Source: Deltaproteobacteria bacterium
Lineage (GTDB): Bacteria > Desulfobacterota > Binatia > UTPRO1
Length of the DNA: 64,000 nt
NCBI GenBank assembly: GCA_029262315.1
Contig: JAJCZP010000241.1
Span: 10,470 to 74,469, forward strand
Direction: 5' to 3'
Shown: positions 18,933 through 28,439 of the stretch, in pieces
Layout: every line of letters starts with the position of its first letter
Position numbering within the stretch: position 1 is the first letter of the stretch
Position numbers and translations under genes: made by a program
Notes under the pieces: generated by a model
What the model saw: the letters and a program-made list of their open reading frames with translations, nothing else
What the model was told of the DNA's origin: nothing
Databases searched by the model: none

Positions 18933-18960
18933 GGCGTGCGGAGCCGAGGCACCGCACGCC
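18933..18960 (-). other. Intercistronic hairpin between glnK and glnA; possible attenuator or processing site.
   Basis: GGCGTGCGG and CCGCACGCC form a 9-bp stem with a 10-nt loop. No U-tract. Confidence 0.3.
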
Positions 18961-18977
18961 GTTACGCTGTTCGCGGG

Positions 18978-19337
<360 letters not shown>

Positions 19338-19400
19338 CTAAAACGCATTCGCCGCGCCTTGTAAAGCGGGGCGACCTGAATGTAGCCGCTCTCGAGCGGG

Positions 19401-20738
19401 CTAAAGGTTGTAGCCGACCTCGCCGTGCTGCGACAGGTCGAGGCCGGTGATCTCGTCCTGGTCGGCCACCCGTAGGCCTACGAGGGCATCGACGATCTTG
19501 AGAATCGCGAAGGTCATGGCGAACGAGTACGAGGCCGTGGCCACGATGCTGACGACCTGTGGCCACATTTGTCCCGGATTCCCGTACAGGAGACCATCCG
19601 TGCCACCAACCGCGGCGCTCGCGAAGATCCCCGTCGCCAGGGCACCCCAGGTGCCTCCGACTCCGTGGACGCCGAACGCGTCGAGCGAATCGTCGTAGCC
19701 CAGTGTCTGCTTGAGGCCGACGGCATAGTAGCAGAGCGGTCCAACCACGGCGCCGATGGCGATGGCCGACATCGGCCCGACGAAGCCCGCGCCGGGGGTG
19801 ATTGCAACCAGGCCGGCGACAGCGCCGGAGGCCGCGCCGAGGACGCTGGCTTTGCCGCGTGCGACATACTCCGCCAGACACCAGGTCAAGGTCGCGGTCG
19901 CTGCCGCGAGATGCGTCGCCACGAATGCGTTCGCGGCGGCGCCATCCGAGGCCAGTGCGCTACCGGCGTTGAAGCCGAACCATCCGAACCACAATAGTCC
20001 CGCGCCGATCACGGTGAGCGTGAGATTGTGCGGTACCATCGGCTCCTTCGGATACCCGAGACGCGGACCGATCACGATGGCGCAGGCAAGCGCAGCGACA
20101 CCGGAGTTGATGTGGACGACGGTTCCGCCGGCGAAGTCGAGCGCGCCCATGCTGCCGATCCAGCCGCCGCCCCACACCCAATGGCACACCGGCGCATACA
20201 CGAGCGTTGCCCAGAGAAGGCTGAAGATGACGAACGCGCTGAAGCGCATGCGTTCGGCGAAGCCTCCGCTGATGAGGGCGGTGGTGATGATCGCGAACAT
20301 CATCTGAAATGCCATGAAGGCCGAATGCGGAATCGTTTCGGCCAGATCCGGATTCGGCTCGCCTCCGACGCCCGCCAGGAACGCATAGTCGAATCCGCCA
20401 ACGAAGCTCCCGACGTCGGAGCCGAACGCCATCGTGTATCCGATGACTGCCCATTGCACGCTGATCAGCCCCATCAGAAAGAAGCTGTGCATCATCGTGC
20501 CGAGCACGTTCTTGCTGCGCGCCATTCCTGCGTAGAAGAGCGCGAGCGCTGGCGTCATCAACAAGACGACGGCGCTCGACATGAGGATCCAGGCGGTATC
20601 GCCAGTGTCGAGCGTGGACGCGGCCTCTTCCGCCCATGCGCTGTCCACGAAGACGAGCACTCCGGCAACGGCGAGCCAGCCAGCAGCGCGAAGTGGATTC
20701 ATCGAGCTTTGCCACGTCATTCTCATGCGAGCCCCCAT
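19401..20738 (-). CDS. amt: Ammonium transporter.
   Basis: Signal peptide, then DTGDTAWILMSSAVVLLMTP and FAGGTVVHINSG, which are Amt/AmtB signatures. Confidence 0.94.
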   Translation of the reverse strand: MGARMRMTWQSSMNPLRAAGWLAVAGVLVFVDSAWAEEAASTLDTGDTAWILMSSAVVLLMTPALALFYAGMARSKNVLGTMMHSFFLMGLISVQWAVIGYTMAFGSDVGSFVGGFDYAFLAGVGGEPNPDLAETIPHSAFMAFQMMFAIITTALISGGFAERMRFSAFVIFSLLWATLVYAPVCHWVWGGGWIGSMGALDFAGGTVVHINSGVAALACAIVIGPRLGYPKEPMVPHNLTLTVIGAGLLWFGWFGFNAGSALASDGAAANAFVATHLAAATATLTWCLAEYVARGKASVLGAASGAVAGLVAITPGAGFVGPMSAIAIGAVVGPLCYYAVGLKQTLGYDDSLDAFGVHGVGGTWGALATGIFASAAVGGTDGLLYGNPGQMWPQVVSIVATASYSFAMTFAILKIVDALVGLRVADQDEITGLDLSQHGEVGYNL

Positions 20739-20883
20739 TGGTGAGAAGTAGAGAAACGAAAGAGCAGCCAGGGGCTGTAATATGAGCAGAAGGATGAAAG
20801 CAAGGGCGATGCGGTACCGAAACGCGTCTCGATCGAAAAAGATCTCGTCGGTCTCGGCGTGGGCCTGATCGCACCCGCCACGC

Positions 20884-20920
20884 TGCCTAATTCGTTGGCA
20901 GCGTGCCTAAGCATTAGGCA
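20884..20920. promoter_or_regulatory. Candidate operator or enhancer upstream of amt-glnK-glnA.
   Basis: TGCCTAA (20884-20890), 13 nt, then the perfect dyad TGCCTAA-GCA-TTAGGCA (20904-20920). This is a 7-N3-7 geometry like NtrC-type sites. It overlaps the plsY stop codon. Confidence 0.3.
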
Positions 20921-21531
20921 ATTCCCGAGTCGTTTGCGGGTGGGCGCTTGGTACCAACGCGAGATTCCGTGCCGAAGCGGATGCGCTGGATGTTGTCGCG
21001 GTGTCTGATGACGATGAGCAGCCCCATGATCGTCGCCGTTGCGATCGTCGACCGTGGATAGTCGAGCGCAAAGACCAGGGGTGCCGTCACGATCGCCATC
21101 ATCAGCGACGCCAACGACACATAGCGCGTTCCGACGACGATCATGACGAACAAAGGAACGATGATCGCCATCGCGGTCGGTGCGAGGCCGAGCAGTACGC
21201 CGAGTGCGGTTGCCACGCCCTTGCCCCCACGAAAGCGGAGGAAGCAGGGAAAGAGATGCCCCGCGAAGGCAGCGAGCCCGGCGCTGGCTACGACCGGAGC
21301 ATCGAAGCCCAGTCGTGTCGCGATGACGACCGGGAGCATTCCTTTCAATGCATCACCGATCAAGGTGAGCACGCCCAGGGGAGCACCTACCGTGCGTGCT
21401 ACGTTGGTCGCGCCGATGTTGCCGCTGCCGATGTCACGCGGATCGACGCCGCGCCGTGCGCTCAGCAGAACGCCGGTCGGGATCGAGCCGCACAGGTAGG
21501 AGAGTCCGAGGAGAAGAGCGGCGTGGAGCAT
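20914..21531 (-). CDS. plsY: Glycerol-3-phosphate acyltransferase PlsY.
   Basis: Start at the internal ATG (MLHAALLLGLSYLCGSIPTG). The GSGNIGATNV motif is present. Confidence 0.9.
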   Translation of the reverse strand: MLHAALLLGLSYLCGSIPTGVLLSARRGVDPRDIGSGNIGATNVARTVGAPLGVLTLIGDALKGMLPVVIATRLGFDAPVVASAGLAAFAGHLFPCFLRFRGGKGVATALGVLLGLAPTAMAIIVPLFVMIVVGTRYVSLASLMMAIVTAPLVFALDYPRSTIATATIMGLLIVIRHRDNIQRIRFGTESRVGTKRPPANDSGIA

Positions 21532-21533
21532 CG

Positions 21534-22088
21534 CTAGAATCTCAGCGAACTCGATCGACGGGCCCGTTGGCGTTGCACGGCCCCGCCCAGAAGGACGCCA
21601 ATCACGAGCGCGAGCCCCAGCATGGTGAGGGACTCGCTCGCGAGCCACGAATGCTCCGCGGCTGCTGCAGGTGGCGTGGCGGCGTCCGCGGACGGTTGCA
21701 ACGCGGCGAGCTCGTCGACGAGCGCACGAAGACGCGTGACCTCGGCTCGGAGTTCGACGATGACCTCGGGAGGTGCGGTCGTTCGTATCGGAGTCGGCGT
21801 GCCCGCGGTCGGGTCTGCTTTCGGTACCTTTGGAGGCGGCGGTGCGGGTTTCGGCGCCGTCCGTTTCTTGGGGCGCGCTTCGGCTTCCCCGGCCACTTCA
21901 CTCGAGGGCACGAGCGCGCGTTTGCCGTTCCGGAGCACGATCTCGGTCCAGCCGTCCTGCTCGCCGACCACCGTGACGTCGTCGCTGCCTCGGCGTATGG
22001 TCCGGGGTTCGTCCTGCGCGGCGCCGACGCGCGCGCACGCGAGCAGGGCGGCCAGAACGACCGCGCAACCCGCGCAACGCGCCCCGAT
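21534..22088 (-). CDS. SH3b-domain protein with a signal peptide, a coiled coil and a C-terminal TM anchor (YgiM/TIGR04211-like). The start codon is unresolved.
   Basis: GWTEIVLRNGKRALVPSSEV (SH3b), a Pro-rich linker, ELRAEVTRLRALVDELAAL, and a terminal TM helix. There is no in-frame ATG, GTG or TTG between the tRNA and the signal peptide. The 5' limit is set at an ATC codon. Confidence 0.55.
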   Translation of the reverse strand: MGARCAGCAVVLAALLACARVGAAQDEPRTIRRGSDDVTVVGEQDGWTEIVLRNGKRALVPSSEVAGEAEARPKKRTAPKPAPPPPKVPKADPTAGTPTPIRTTAPPEVIVELRAEVTRLRALVDELAALQPSADAATPPAAAAEHSWLASESLTMLGLALVIGVLLGGAVQRQRARRSSSLRF

Positions 22089-22097
22089 TGAAGAGAG

Positions 22098-22171
22098 TCG
22101 GGGTGACTGGATTTGAACCAGCGACCCCTGCGTCCCGAACGCAGTGCTCTGCCAGTCTGAGCTACACCCCG
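22098..22171 (-). tRNA. tRNA-Pro (anticodon CGG).
   Basis: Folded by hand into a cloverleaf: acceptor CGGGGTG/CACCCCG, D-stem GCTC/GAGC, anticodon stem CTGCG/CGCAG with loop TTCGGGA, T-arm GCTGG-TTCAAAT-CCAGT, discriminator A. 74 nt; CCA is not encoded. Confidence 0.92.
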
Positions 22172-22225
22172 AGAGCCGGAAGGCGAATCGTCGTAACACG
22201 TGGGAATTGGATTGCAAAGCGGGGC

Positions 22226-22957
22226 TCAGGTAGGGGCGACGGCGTCGGAGATCGCCTGGCGCATCGAGGAGATTACCTGCGCATAGTCGGATGTCCCAAA
22301 AATGGCCGTTCCCGCCACGAAGACGTCCGCGCCAGCGGAGGCGGCTCGGGCGGCGTTGGCCGCATCGATGCCCCCATCCACCTCGATGGCGAACGTCGCA
22401 CCGCGCTCTGCGCGTAGAGTGGCGGCCTCGCGGATCTTGTCCAGCGCCCCCACGATGAATTTCTGTCCCCCGAATCCGGGATGGACGCTCATGATCAACA
22501 GCATCTCGATCTGATCCATGACGTGGGCGACCGAGGCAACCGGGGTGTCGGGATTCACGACCACGGCCGCTTCGACCCCGGCAGCGTGTACCTTCTCGAC
22601 GGCGGCGGCGAGGTCGCTGCAGGTCTCCTGATGTACGGAGATGGAGGTCGCGCCCGCGTCGACGAACGCGGGGAGGTATGTCAACGGGTCGCTGATCATC
22701 AAGTGAACGTCGAGCGGGAGTGACGTTGCCTTACGAACGGCAGCGACGATCGCTGGTCCGATCGAGATGTTCGGCACGAAGTGGCCGTCCATCACATCCA
22801 CGTGCATGAGATCGGCGCCCGCCGCTTCCGCGCGCTCGATGTCGGCCGCCAGACGACCAAAGTCCGCCGCGAGGATCGAGGGCGCGATTCTATGCGTAGT
22901 GGTCGCGGAGGGAGCCGGCACGGTCCCGGTATAACGTCTCGCCGTCGCGGGTCGCAA
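22226..22957 (-). CDS. rpe: Ribulose-phosphate 3-epimerase.
   Basis: IAPSILAADFGRLAADI, HVDVMDGHFVPN, and SVHPGFGGQKF. Confidence 0.93.
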   Translation of the reverse strand: MRPATARRYTGTVPAPSATTTHRIAPSILAADFGRLAADIERAEAAGADLMHVDVMDGHFVPNISIGPAIVAAVRKATSLPLDVHLMISDPLTYLPAFVDAGATSISVHQETCSDLAAAVEKVHAAGVEAAVVVNPDTPVASVAHVMDQIEMLLIMSVHPGFGGQKFIVGALDKIREAATLRAERGATFAIEVDGGIDAANAARAASAGADVFVAGTAIFGTSDYAQVISSMRQAISDAVAPT

Positions 22958-22980
22958 GGCGAGGGACGGACGCCTGCGTT

Positions 22981-24327
22981 TTAGGCCGGGCGTCGGAGGC
23001 GGACCGCGTAGAAGCCGTCGAGGTCGTCGCGGTGGGGGAGCGTGCGGAGTGCGCCAGTCGGGTCGACCAGGCCGTGGGCGCTAGATGGCAGATAGGCGGT
23101 CGCATTCTCGCGCTCGAGCGCGGGGTGGCGTGCGAGGGCGCGCCCTACGACCTGCTCGTTCTCCGCTTCGGTGAGCGTGCACGTCGCGTATACCAGGGCG
23201 CCGCCTGGCCGAAGCAGCGGCAGAACCCCCTCCAGAATGGCCGTTTGGAGTTCCGAGAGGCGGCCGGGATCGTCCGCGTTCCGCGTCCAGCGCGCCTCGG
23301 GGTGAGCGCGCAGGGTGCCGAGCCCGGTACAGGGCGCGTCGACCAGAATGCGATCGAACGTGGTGCCTTGAAATAGCTGCGCGCACGTCCGAGCGTCCGC
23401 GGCCACCGAAACCAGAGATTGGAGCTGCAGACGACGGGCCGAGTGTCGGACGGCGGCAGCACGCCGTGGGTGGCGCTCGACAGCGACCACCAGCCCACGG
23501 TCGTCGGCGAGATCGGCCAGGTAGGCGGCCTTCCCGCCCGGAGCCGCGCAGGCGTCCAGCACCCGCAGGCCGGGCTCGGCGCCGAGCAGTGCCGTCACGA
23601 GTTGCGATGCCTCTGATTGAAGCGTGCCGTGTTCCGGCAGGACAGTCGGTAGTGCGTGGGCCCCGAGATCGTCGATCCGCACGGCGTCGGGGGCGAACCG
23701 ACCACGGGTCGCCGACACGCCCGCGCTTGCGAGATCCGCGAGCAAGCGGTCACGGCAGGCCGGGCGGGCACGCAGGACGGTCGCCGCCGCCTGGTTGTTG
23801 GCCAGCAGCAGTGCGCGGAGCTCCGTCGGCGAGAAGCGGTGATGCCACTCTCGCACGAGCCACTCGGGGTGCGATGTCGTCACTGACAGATGGCGCACCA
23901 TGTCGGCGGGGTCGGGCGTCGAGAGCGTCGAGCGCTCGCGCAGCGCCCGACGGAGGACGGCGTTCACCATCCCCGCGGCGGCGCGGACGTACCGCTTCGC
24001 GAGATCGACGCTCGTGTCCACAGCGGCGTGCGGTGGAATGCGTTCGAGGACGAGGATCTGGTACAGCCCCATTCGGAGGATGACGCGCAGAGGAGAGTCG
24101 AGTGATGCGATCTTGCGGTTCGCCAATGTGGCGAGGTGCCAGTCGAGGAGTCCTTGCCAGGCGAGGGTTCCATAGACGAGACGCGTCGCGAGGGCGCGGT
24201 CGCGCGCATCGAGCGCAGCCGCATCGAGGGCGCCGCTCAGCGCGGCATCGGCCCAGGCGCGGTCGCGATCGACACGCAGGAGCGTCTCGACCGCGATCTG
24301 ACGCGCCCCGAGGCGTTCTTCAACCAT
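22981..24327 (-). CDS. rsmB: 16S rRNA (cytosine967-C5)-methyltransferase RsmB.
   Basis: N-terminal NusB-like region and SAM motif VLDACAAPGGKAAYLA. Conserved fmt-rsmB linkage. Confidence 0.9.
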   Translation of the reverse strand: MVEERLGARQIAVETLLRVDRDRAWADAALSGALDAAALDARDRALATRLVYGTLAWQGLLDWHLATLANRKIASLDSPLRVILRMGLYQILVLERIPPHAAVDTSVDLAKRYVRAAAGMVNAVLRRALRERSTLSTPDPADMVRHLSVTTSHPEWLVREWHHRFSPTELRALLLANNQAAATVLRARPACRDRLLADLASAGVSATRGRFAPDAVRIDDLGAHALPTVLPEHGTLQSEASQLVTALLGAEPGLRVLDACAAPGGKAAYLADLADDRGLVVAVERHPRRAAAVRHSARRLQLQSLVSVAADARTCAQLFQGTTFDRILVDAPCTGLGTLRAHPEARWTRNADDPGRLSELQTAILEGVLPLLRPGGALVYATCTLTEAENEQVVGRALARHPALERENATAYLPSSAHGLVDPTGALRTLPHRDDLDGFYAVRLRRPA

Positions 24328-25243
24328 CGAACCGGGCGCCGACGACGAGGCGCTGCCCGCGCGCGAACGCCGGTGCGGGCAATGCCTTCTTGCCCTCCAG
24401 TTGTAAGGTCACGAGGGCGAGCGTTCCGCTGCCAGTTGCCACCCGGACGCAGGTGTCGTCGATGCCGACGATCGTTCCCGGCGTATCCTCGACGACCGAC
24501 TCCCGCGCTGCGCGCGCGTCTACGATCTTGACCATTCGTTTCCCGAGGGCCGTGAACGTCGAGGGCCATGGCGTGAAGGCGCGCACCTTGCGGGCGATCA
24601 GGTCGGCGGGTTCGGTCCAATCGATATGCCCGTTCTCGCGCTCGAGGCGTGGTGCGTAGGTCGCGCTCGTTGGATCCTGCGGCTCCGGCTCGAGCCCATC
24701 GCGCTGAAGCGCGGCGAGCGCCTCGGCGAGCGCGCTACCCCCGAGAGTGGCGAGGCGAGCGGTCAGCGTTGCGCCCGTGTCGTCGTCGCTGATTGGCAGC
24801 GTTCGTCGCAGCAACATGTCCCCCGCGTCGAGCTCCGCGGTGATGCGCATGATGGTGATCCCGGTTTCGGCGTCGCCCGCCACGATGGCGGATTGGATCG
24901 GCGCGGCGCCGCGGTGGCGCGGGAGCAGTGACGCGTGCACATTGATCGGAGCGAGTGTCGGCAGCTCGAGCAGGGCGTCCGGTAAGAGCTTGCCATACGC
25001 GGCTACCACGAGGAGATCCGGCTCCCATTGCCCGATGGCGTCGTGCGCCTCGTGGCCTCGCAGGGTCGGCGGCTGGATCAGGGGAAGGTCGAGTGCGGCG
25101 GCCGCGCGGGCGATCGGAGTCGCGGCCGCGGTGAGGCCACGTCCCCTCGGTTTGTTCGGTTGCGAGACGACGCCTACGACGCTCGCGGCGGTGACCAACG
25201 CTTCCAGACTGGGCACCGCGAACGCTGGCGTGCCCATGAACAC
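24320..25243 (-). CDS. fmt: Methionyl-tRNA formyltransferase.
   Basis: FMGTPAFAVPSL and HASLLPRHRGAAPIQ. A GTG two codons upstream (25249) is an alternative start. Confidence 0.93.
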   Translation of the reverse strand: MFMGTPAFAVPSLEALVTAASVVGVVSQPNKPRGRGLTAAATPIARAAAALDLPLIQPPTLRGHEAHDAIGQWEPDLLVVAAYGKLLPDALLELPTLAPINVHASLLPRHRGAAPIQSAIVAGDAETGITIMRITAELDAGDMLLRRTLPISDDDTGATLTARLATLGGSALAEALAALQRDGLEPEPQDPTSATYAPRLERENGHIDWTEPADLIARKVRAFTPWPSTFTALGKRMVKIVDARAARESVVEDTPGTIVGIDDTCVRVATGSGTLALVTLQLEGKKALPAPAFARGQRLVVGARFDG

Positions 25244-25277
25244 GCAGCGCAGCGGGCGCTCGCCCGCCCACCGGAGC

Positions 25278-25322
25278 CGCGCCTTCAGATCGTCACCCGT
25301 CGCGCCTTCAGATCATCACCCG
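25278..25322. repeat. 23-bp tandem duplication spanning the def stop codon.
   Basis: CGCGCCTTCAGATCGTCACCCG (25278-25299) and CGCGCCTTCAGATCATCACCCG (25301-25322) differ at one position. Copy 2 encodes the def C-terminus RVMI-stop. Copy 1 would read RVTI-stop in the def-fmt spacer. Confidence 0.85.
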
Positions 25323-25841
25323 GCGCGGTGGCGGATCGCGGCCCTCGCGCTCGAGTTTCTTCAGACGTCGCTTGTAGAGGTCGCGCTTCAGGCGACTCAA
25401 CCGGTCGAGGAAGAGCGTGCCGTCGAGGTGGTCGATTTCGTGTTGCAGGGCGACGGCGAGCAGATCATCAGCCTCGATCCCGATTTCCTTGCCCTCGGGC
25501 GTCCAGCCACGCACGAGGACCTGCGCGGCGCGTTGGACTTCCGCCGTGTAGTCGATCACCGAGAGGCAGCCCTCCTCCCACAGGATGTCGCCCGCGGTCT
25601 CGGCGATGACCGGATTGATGATCTTCAGCAGATTCTTGCCGTTGTTCTCTGGATCGACATCGAGAACGATCACTCGGTGCGACAGCCCGATTTGCGGTGC
25701 GGCCAGGCCGATGCCCGGTGCGTGGTACATGGTCTCGACCATGTCGTCGATCGCGCTGACGAGCGCGCCGTCGATATTGGGGACCTCGCTGGCTTGCTGC
25801 TTCAGGATCGGATCCGGGTAGGTAAGAATGCGACGAATCAC
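25308..25841 (-). CDS. def: Peptide deformylase.
   Basis: The three deformylase motifs GIGLAAPQIG, EGCLS and HEIDHL. Confidence 0.96.
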   Translation of the reverse strand: MIRRILTYPDPILKQQASEVPNIDGALVSAIDDMVETMYHAPGIGLAAPQIGLSHRVIVLDVDPENNGKNLLKIINPVIAETAGDILWEEGCLSVIDYTAEVQRAAQVLVRGWTPEGKEIGIEADDLLAVALQHEIDHLDGTLFLDRLSRLKRDLYKRRLKKLEREGRDPPPRRVMI

Positions 25842-25847
25842 GGTTTT

Positions 25848-28439
25848 TCATAACATGCTGACGGGATCTACATCAACGACGAGTCGGACCTCGCGTCGTC
25901 CCGGGGGCGTGTGCCACCACGAAAGCAGATGACGGATCGCTGCGTTCAATGGTGCTGGCGTCGGTGCGCTGACGAGAACCTGCCAGCGATAGCGTCCGCG
26001 AAGACGCTCGAGTGGCGCCGGAGCTGGGCCGCGGACGCACGGGGGTACGTCGCCGCCATGCGTTTTCGCGACGGCGCGTGCGCGGCTGGCGAGGTCGGCA
26101 GCGGCTTCTTCGGTCGCGCGTGCGCTGACGCCCTCGAGGCGAAGCACCACGAGACGCTGGAACGGGGGGTAGCCCACCTCGTCGCGCAGACCGAGTTCGC
26201 GTTCGATGAAGCCCGTGTAGTCGTACGCAGCCGCGGTGATCAGGCTGTGATGCTGGGGGCGGTAGGTCTGGACGATCACGCGTCCCGGAGCGTCGCCGCG
26301 TCCGGCACGCCCCGCGACCTGCGTCAGTAGTTGGAAGGCGCGCTCGCCCGCGCGGAAGTCCGGGAGGTTCAGTGCGACGTCGGCATGCAGAACACCAACC
26401 ACGGTGACGCCCGGGACATCGTGTCCTTTGGCGATCATCTGGGTGCCAATGAGAATGTCCAGCTCGCCGCGGCGCCAGGCATCGAGCACACGGCGGTGTG
26501 CGCCCTTCGATCCAATCGTGTCGCGGTCGAGTCGCGCGACTCTCGCCTCAGGGAAGAGGCGCGCAACCTCGCTCTCCACTCGTTCCGTGCCATCGCCGAG
26601 TGCCTGTAGCTCGCCTTGCCCGCAGCTCGTGCACCGCATGTCCGCTGCGCGGGTATGGCCACAGTGGTGGCAGAGCAAGGCACGTCGTCGCTTGTGTAGG
26701 GTCAGAGTGACGGCGCAGGACGGGCACCCGGCAGGTTCGCCACACGCGAGGCATTGCAGTACCTGCGCGAATCCGCGGCGGTTCAGAAAGAGTAGCGCCT
26801 GCTCTCCCTGTTCGAGAGCGGTCGTCATCGCTTCGAGCAATGGCCGCGAAAAGAGCCGATCGCCGGTTTCCGCCGTCGCGAGGCGCGGCTCGCCCCGGCG
26901 ATCGACGATCTCGATCGTCGGCATGCTGCGTCCCGCGACGCGATCGGGAAGAGTCAGCAACGAGAACTTGCCCCGGCGGGCTTGCAGGTAGGTCTCCGCG
27001 GACGGGGTCGCGGATCCGAGGACGACCGGCGCATTTGCCAGCTTGGCGCGCACGATGGCGAGGTCGCGACCTTGGTATCGTAGTCCCTCGTCTTGCTTGT
27101 AGGCGGCGTCGTGCTCCTCGTCGACGATGACGAGGCCGAGGTCATCGAGCGGCGCGAACACGGCCGAGCGGGTTCCCACGACGACGCGCGCCTCGCCGCG
27201 AAGCACGCGCCGCCATTCGTCCCAGCGCTCGCCGGGAGCGAGGCCGCTGTGAAGGAGCGCGGCGCGGGAACCGAACCGCTCCTGCACCCGCAAGACCAGC
27301 TGATGCGTCAGGGCGATTTCGGGGACGAGCAGGAGCACGGAGCGGCCGGCAGCCACCGTGTTCGCCGCGATCCGGAGATAGACCTCGGTCTTCCCGCTTC
27401 CGGTTACTCCATGCAGGAGGAAGCCGCCGAATCCTGCCGACGCCGTCACCGTGGCAACCGCGGTCGCCTGCGCTTCCGTGAGATCGTGCGGGGCCGTGGG
27501 CTGGTCCGGCGTCGGGCGGGCGTCGCGATACCACTCCTCGCTCCTCCGCGTTGCCAGACCTCGCCGCACGAGCGCGCCCGCGGTCGCGCGTTCTGACGTT
27601 GTGAGATCCGCGGCTGCGAGCGTGCCGCCCGCCGCCCGAAGTTTGGCGTAGAGTCCGTGTTGCGAGGGCGCACGCCGCGCGAGCGAGGCTTCTTCGTCGT
27701 CAGCGAGTTCACGCGCTAGCGCGAATAGCTTGGCGAACCGTGTGCGTGCGGTTGGCGGGCGCACCACCTGCTGAATGGTAACGAGTTGACGCCGCGTGAG
27801 CGTGCGCACCGCGCTCGCCACGCCGCCCGCGCCGACGGCCCGCGACAGCTGTTCTTCTGTGAGGGGCCCGCGTGCGAGCAGGTGGGAGACGATGGCCTCC
27901 TCGAGAGGCTTTCTGATCGCGCCGGAATCGACGCCCTCGACGAGGCAGACGAGCCGCCGGCTGGCCGCGCGCAGTCCCCCCGGCACGGCCGTCGCCAGGA
28001 CCTCGCCGAGCGTCGTCATGTAGTACCGGGCGGCCCAGCGGCAGAGCGCGAATACCTCGGGGGTGAGAATCGGCTCGGCGTCGAGCACTTCCTCGACGTC
28101 GCGGACGCGCTCGACCTCGGTTGGTGCCGAGTCGGCCAGGGTGACGACGATTCCGGTCGCGCGGCGGGAGCCGATGGGGACCAGGACGCGCATGCCGGGA
28201 CGGACGGCTGCCTGGACTGCCGCCGGGACACGGTAGGTCAGCAGATCGCGCCCAGGCACGGCCGGCATCACGGCAACTGCGGCGTACACGGCCGTGGCGT
28301 TGGCAGTGTCACTTGCGGGAAGAAGCGACACGCCAGCGTTATCGCGTGCAGGTCGGCGGATTGTCAATTCGATCGCCCGGTATCTCGCCGCTCGGTGCGC
28401 CCCGCCTCGTGCGTGCGGAGTGTTCGTGACGTTTCGCAC
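25848..28439 (-). CDS. priA: Primosomal protein N' (replication restart helicase PriA).
   Basis: Walker A GVTGSGKTEVYL, DEEHD, and the Cys-rich zinc region CLACGEPAGCPSCAVTLTLHKRRRALLCHHCG. A GTG at 28331 is a more plausible start than the ATG at 28439. Confidence 0.93.
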   Translation of the reverse strand: MRNVTNTPHARGGAHRAARYRAIELTIRRPARDNAGVSLLPASDTANATAVYAAVAVMPAVPGRDLLTYRVPAAVQAAVRPGMRVLVPIGSRRATGIVVTLADSAPTEVERVRDVEEVLDAEPILTPEVFALCRWAARYYMTTLGEVLATAVPGGLRAASRRLVCLVEGVDSGAIRKPLEEAIVSHLLARGPLTEEQLSRAVGAGGVASAVRTLTRRQLVTIQQVVRPPTARTRFAKLFALARELADDEEASLARRAPSQHGLYAKLRAAGGTLAAADLTTSERATAGALVRRGLATRRSEEWYRDARPTPDQPTAPHDLTEAQATAVATVTASAGFGGFLLHGVTGSGKTEVYLRIAANTVAAGRSVLLLVPEIALTHQLVLRVQERFGSRAALLHSGLAPGERWDEWRRVLRGEARVVVGTRSAVFAPLDDLGLVIVDEEHDAAYKQDEGLRYQGRDLAIVRAKLANAPVVLGSATPSAETYLQARRGKFSLLTLPDRVAGRSMPTIEIVDRRGEPRLATAETGDRLFSRPLLEAMTTALEQGEQALLFLNRRGFAQVLQCLACGEPAGCPSCAVTLTLHKRRRALLCHHCGHTRAADMRCTSCGQGELQALGDGTERVESEVARLFPEARVARLDRDTIGSKGAHRRVLDAWRRGELDILIGTQMIAKGHDVPGVTVVGVLHADVALNLPDFRAGERAFQLLTQVAGRAGRGDAPGRVIVQTYRPQHHSLITAAAYDYTGFIERELGLRDEVGYPPFQRLVVLRLEGVSARATEEAAADLASRARAVAKTHGGDVPPCVRGPAPAPLERLRGRYRWQVLVSAPTPAPLNAAIRHLLSWWHTPPGRREVRLVVDVDPVSML

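Noticed and set aside
22098-22171. tRNA-Pro as a possible integration hotspot for a genomic island.
   Set aside because: There is no integrase, no direct repeat of the tRNA 3' end, and no compositional shift nearby. Both flanks are housekeeping genes (rpe, plsY).
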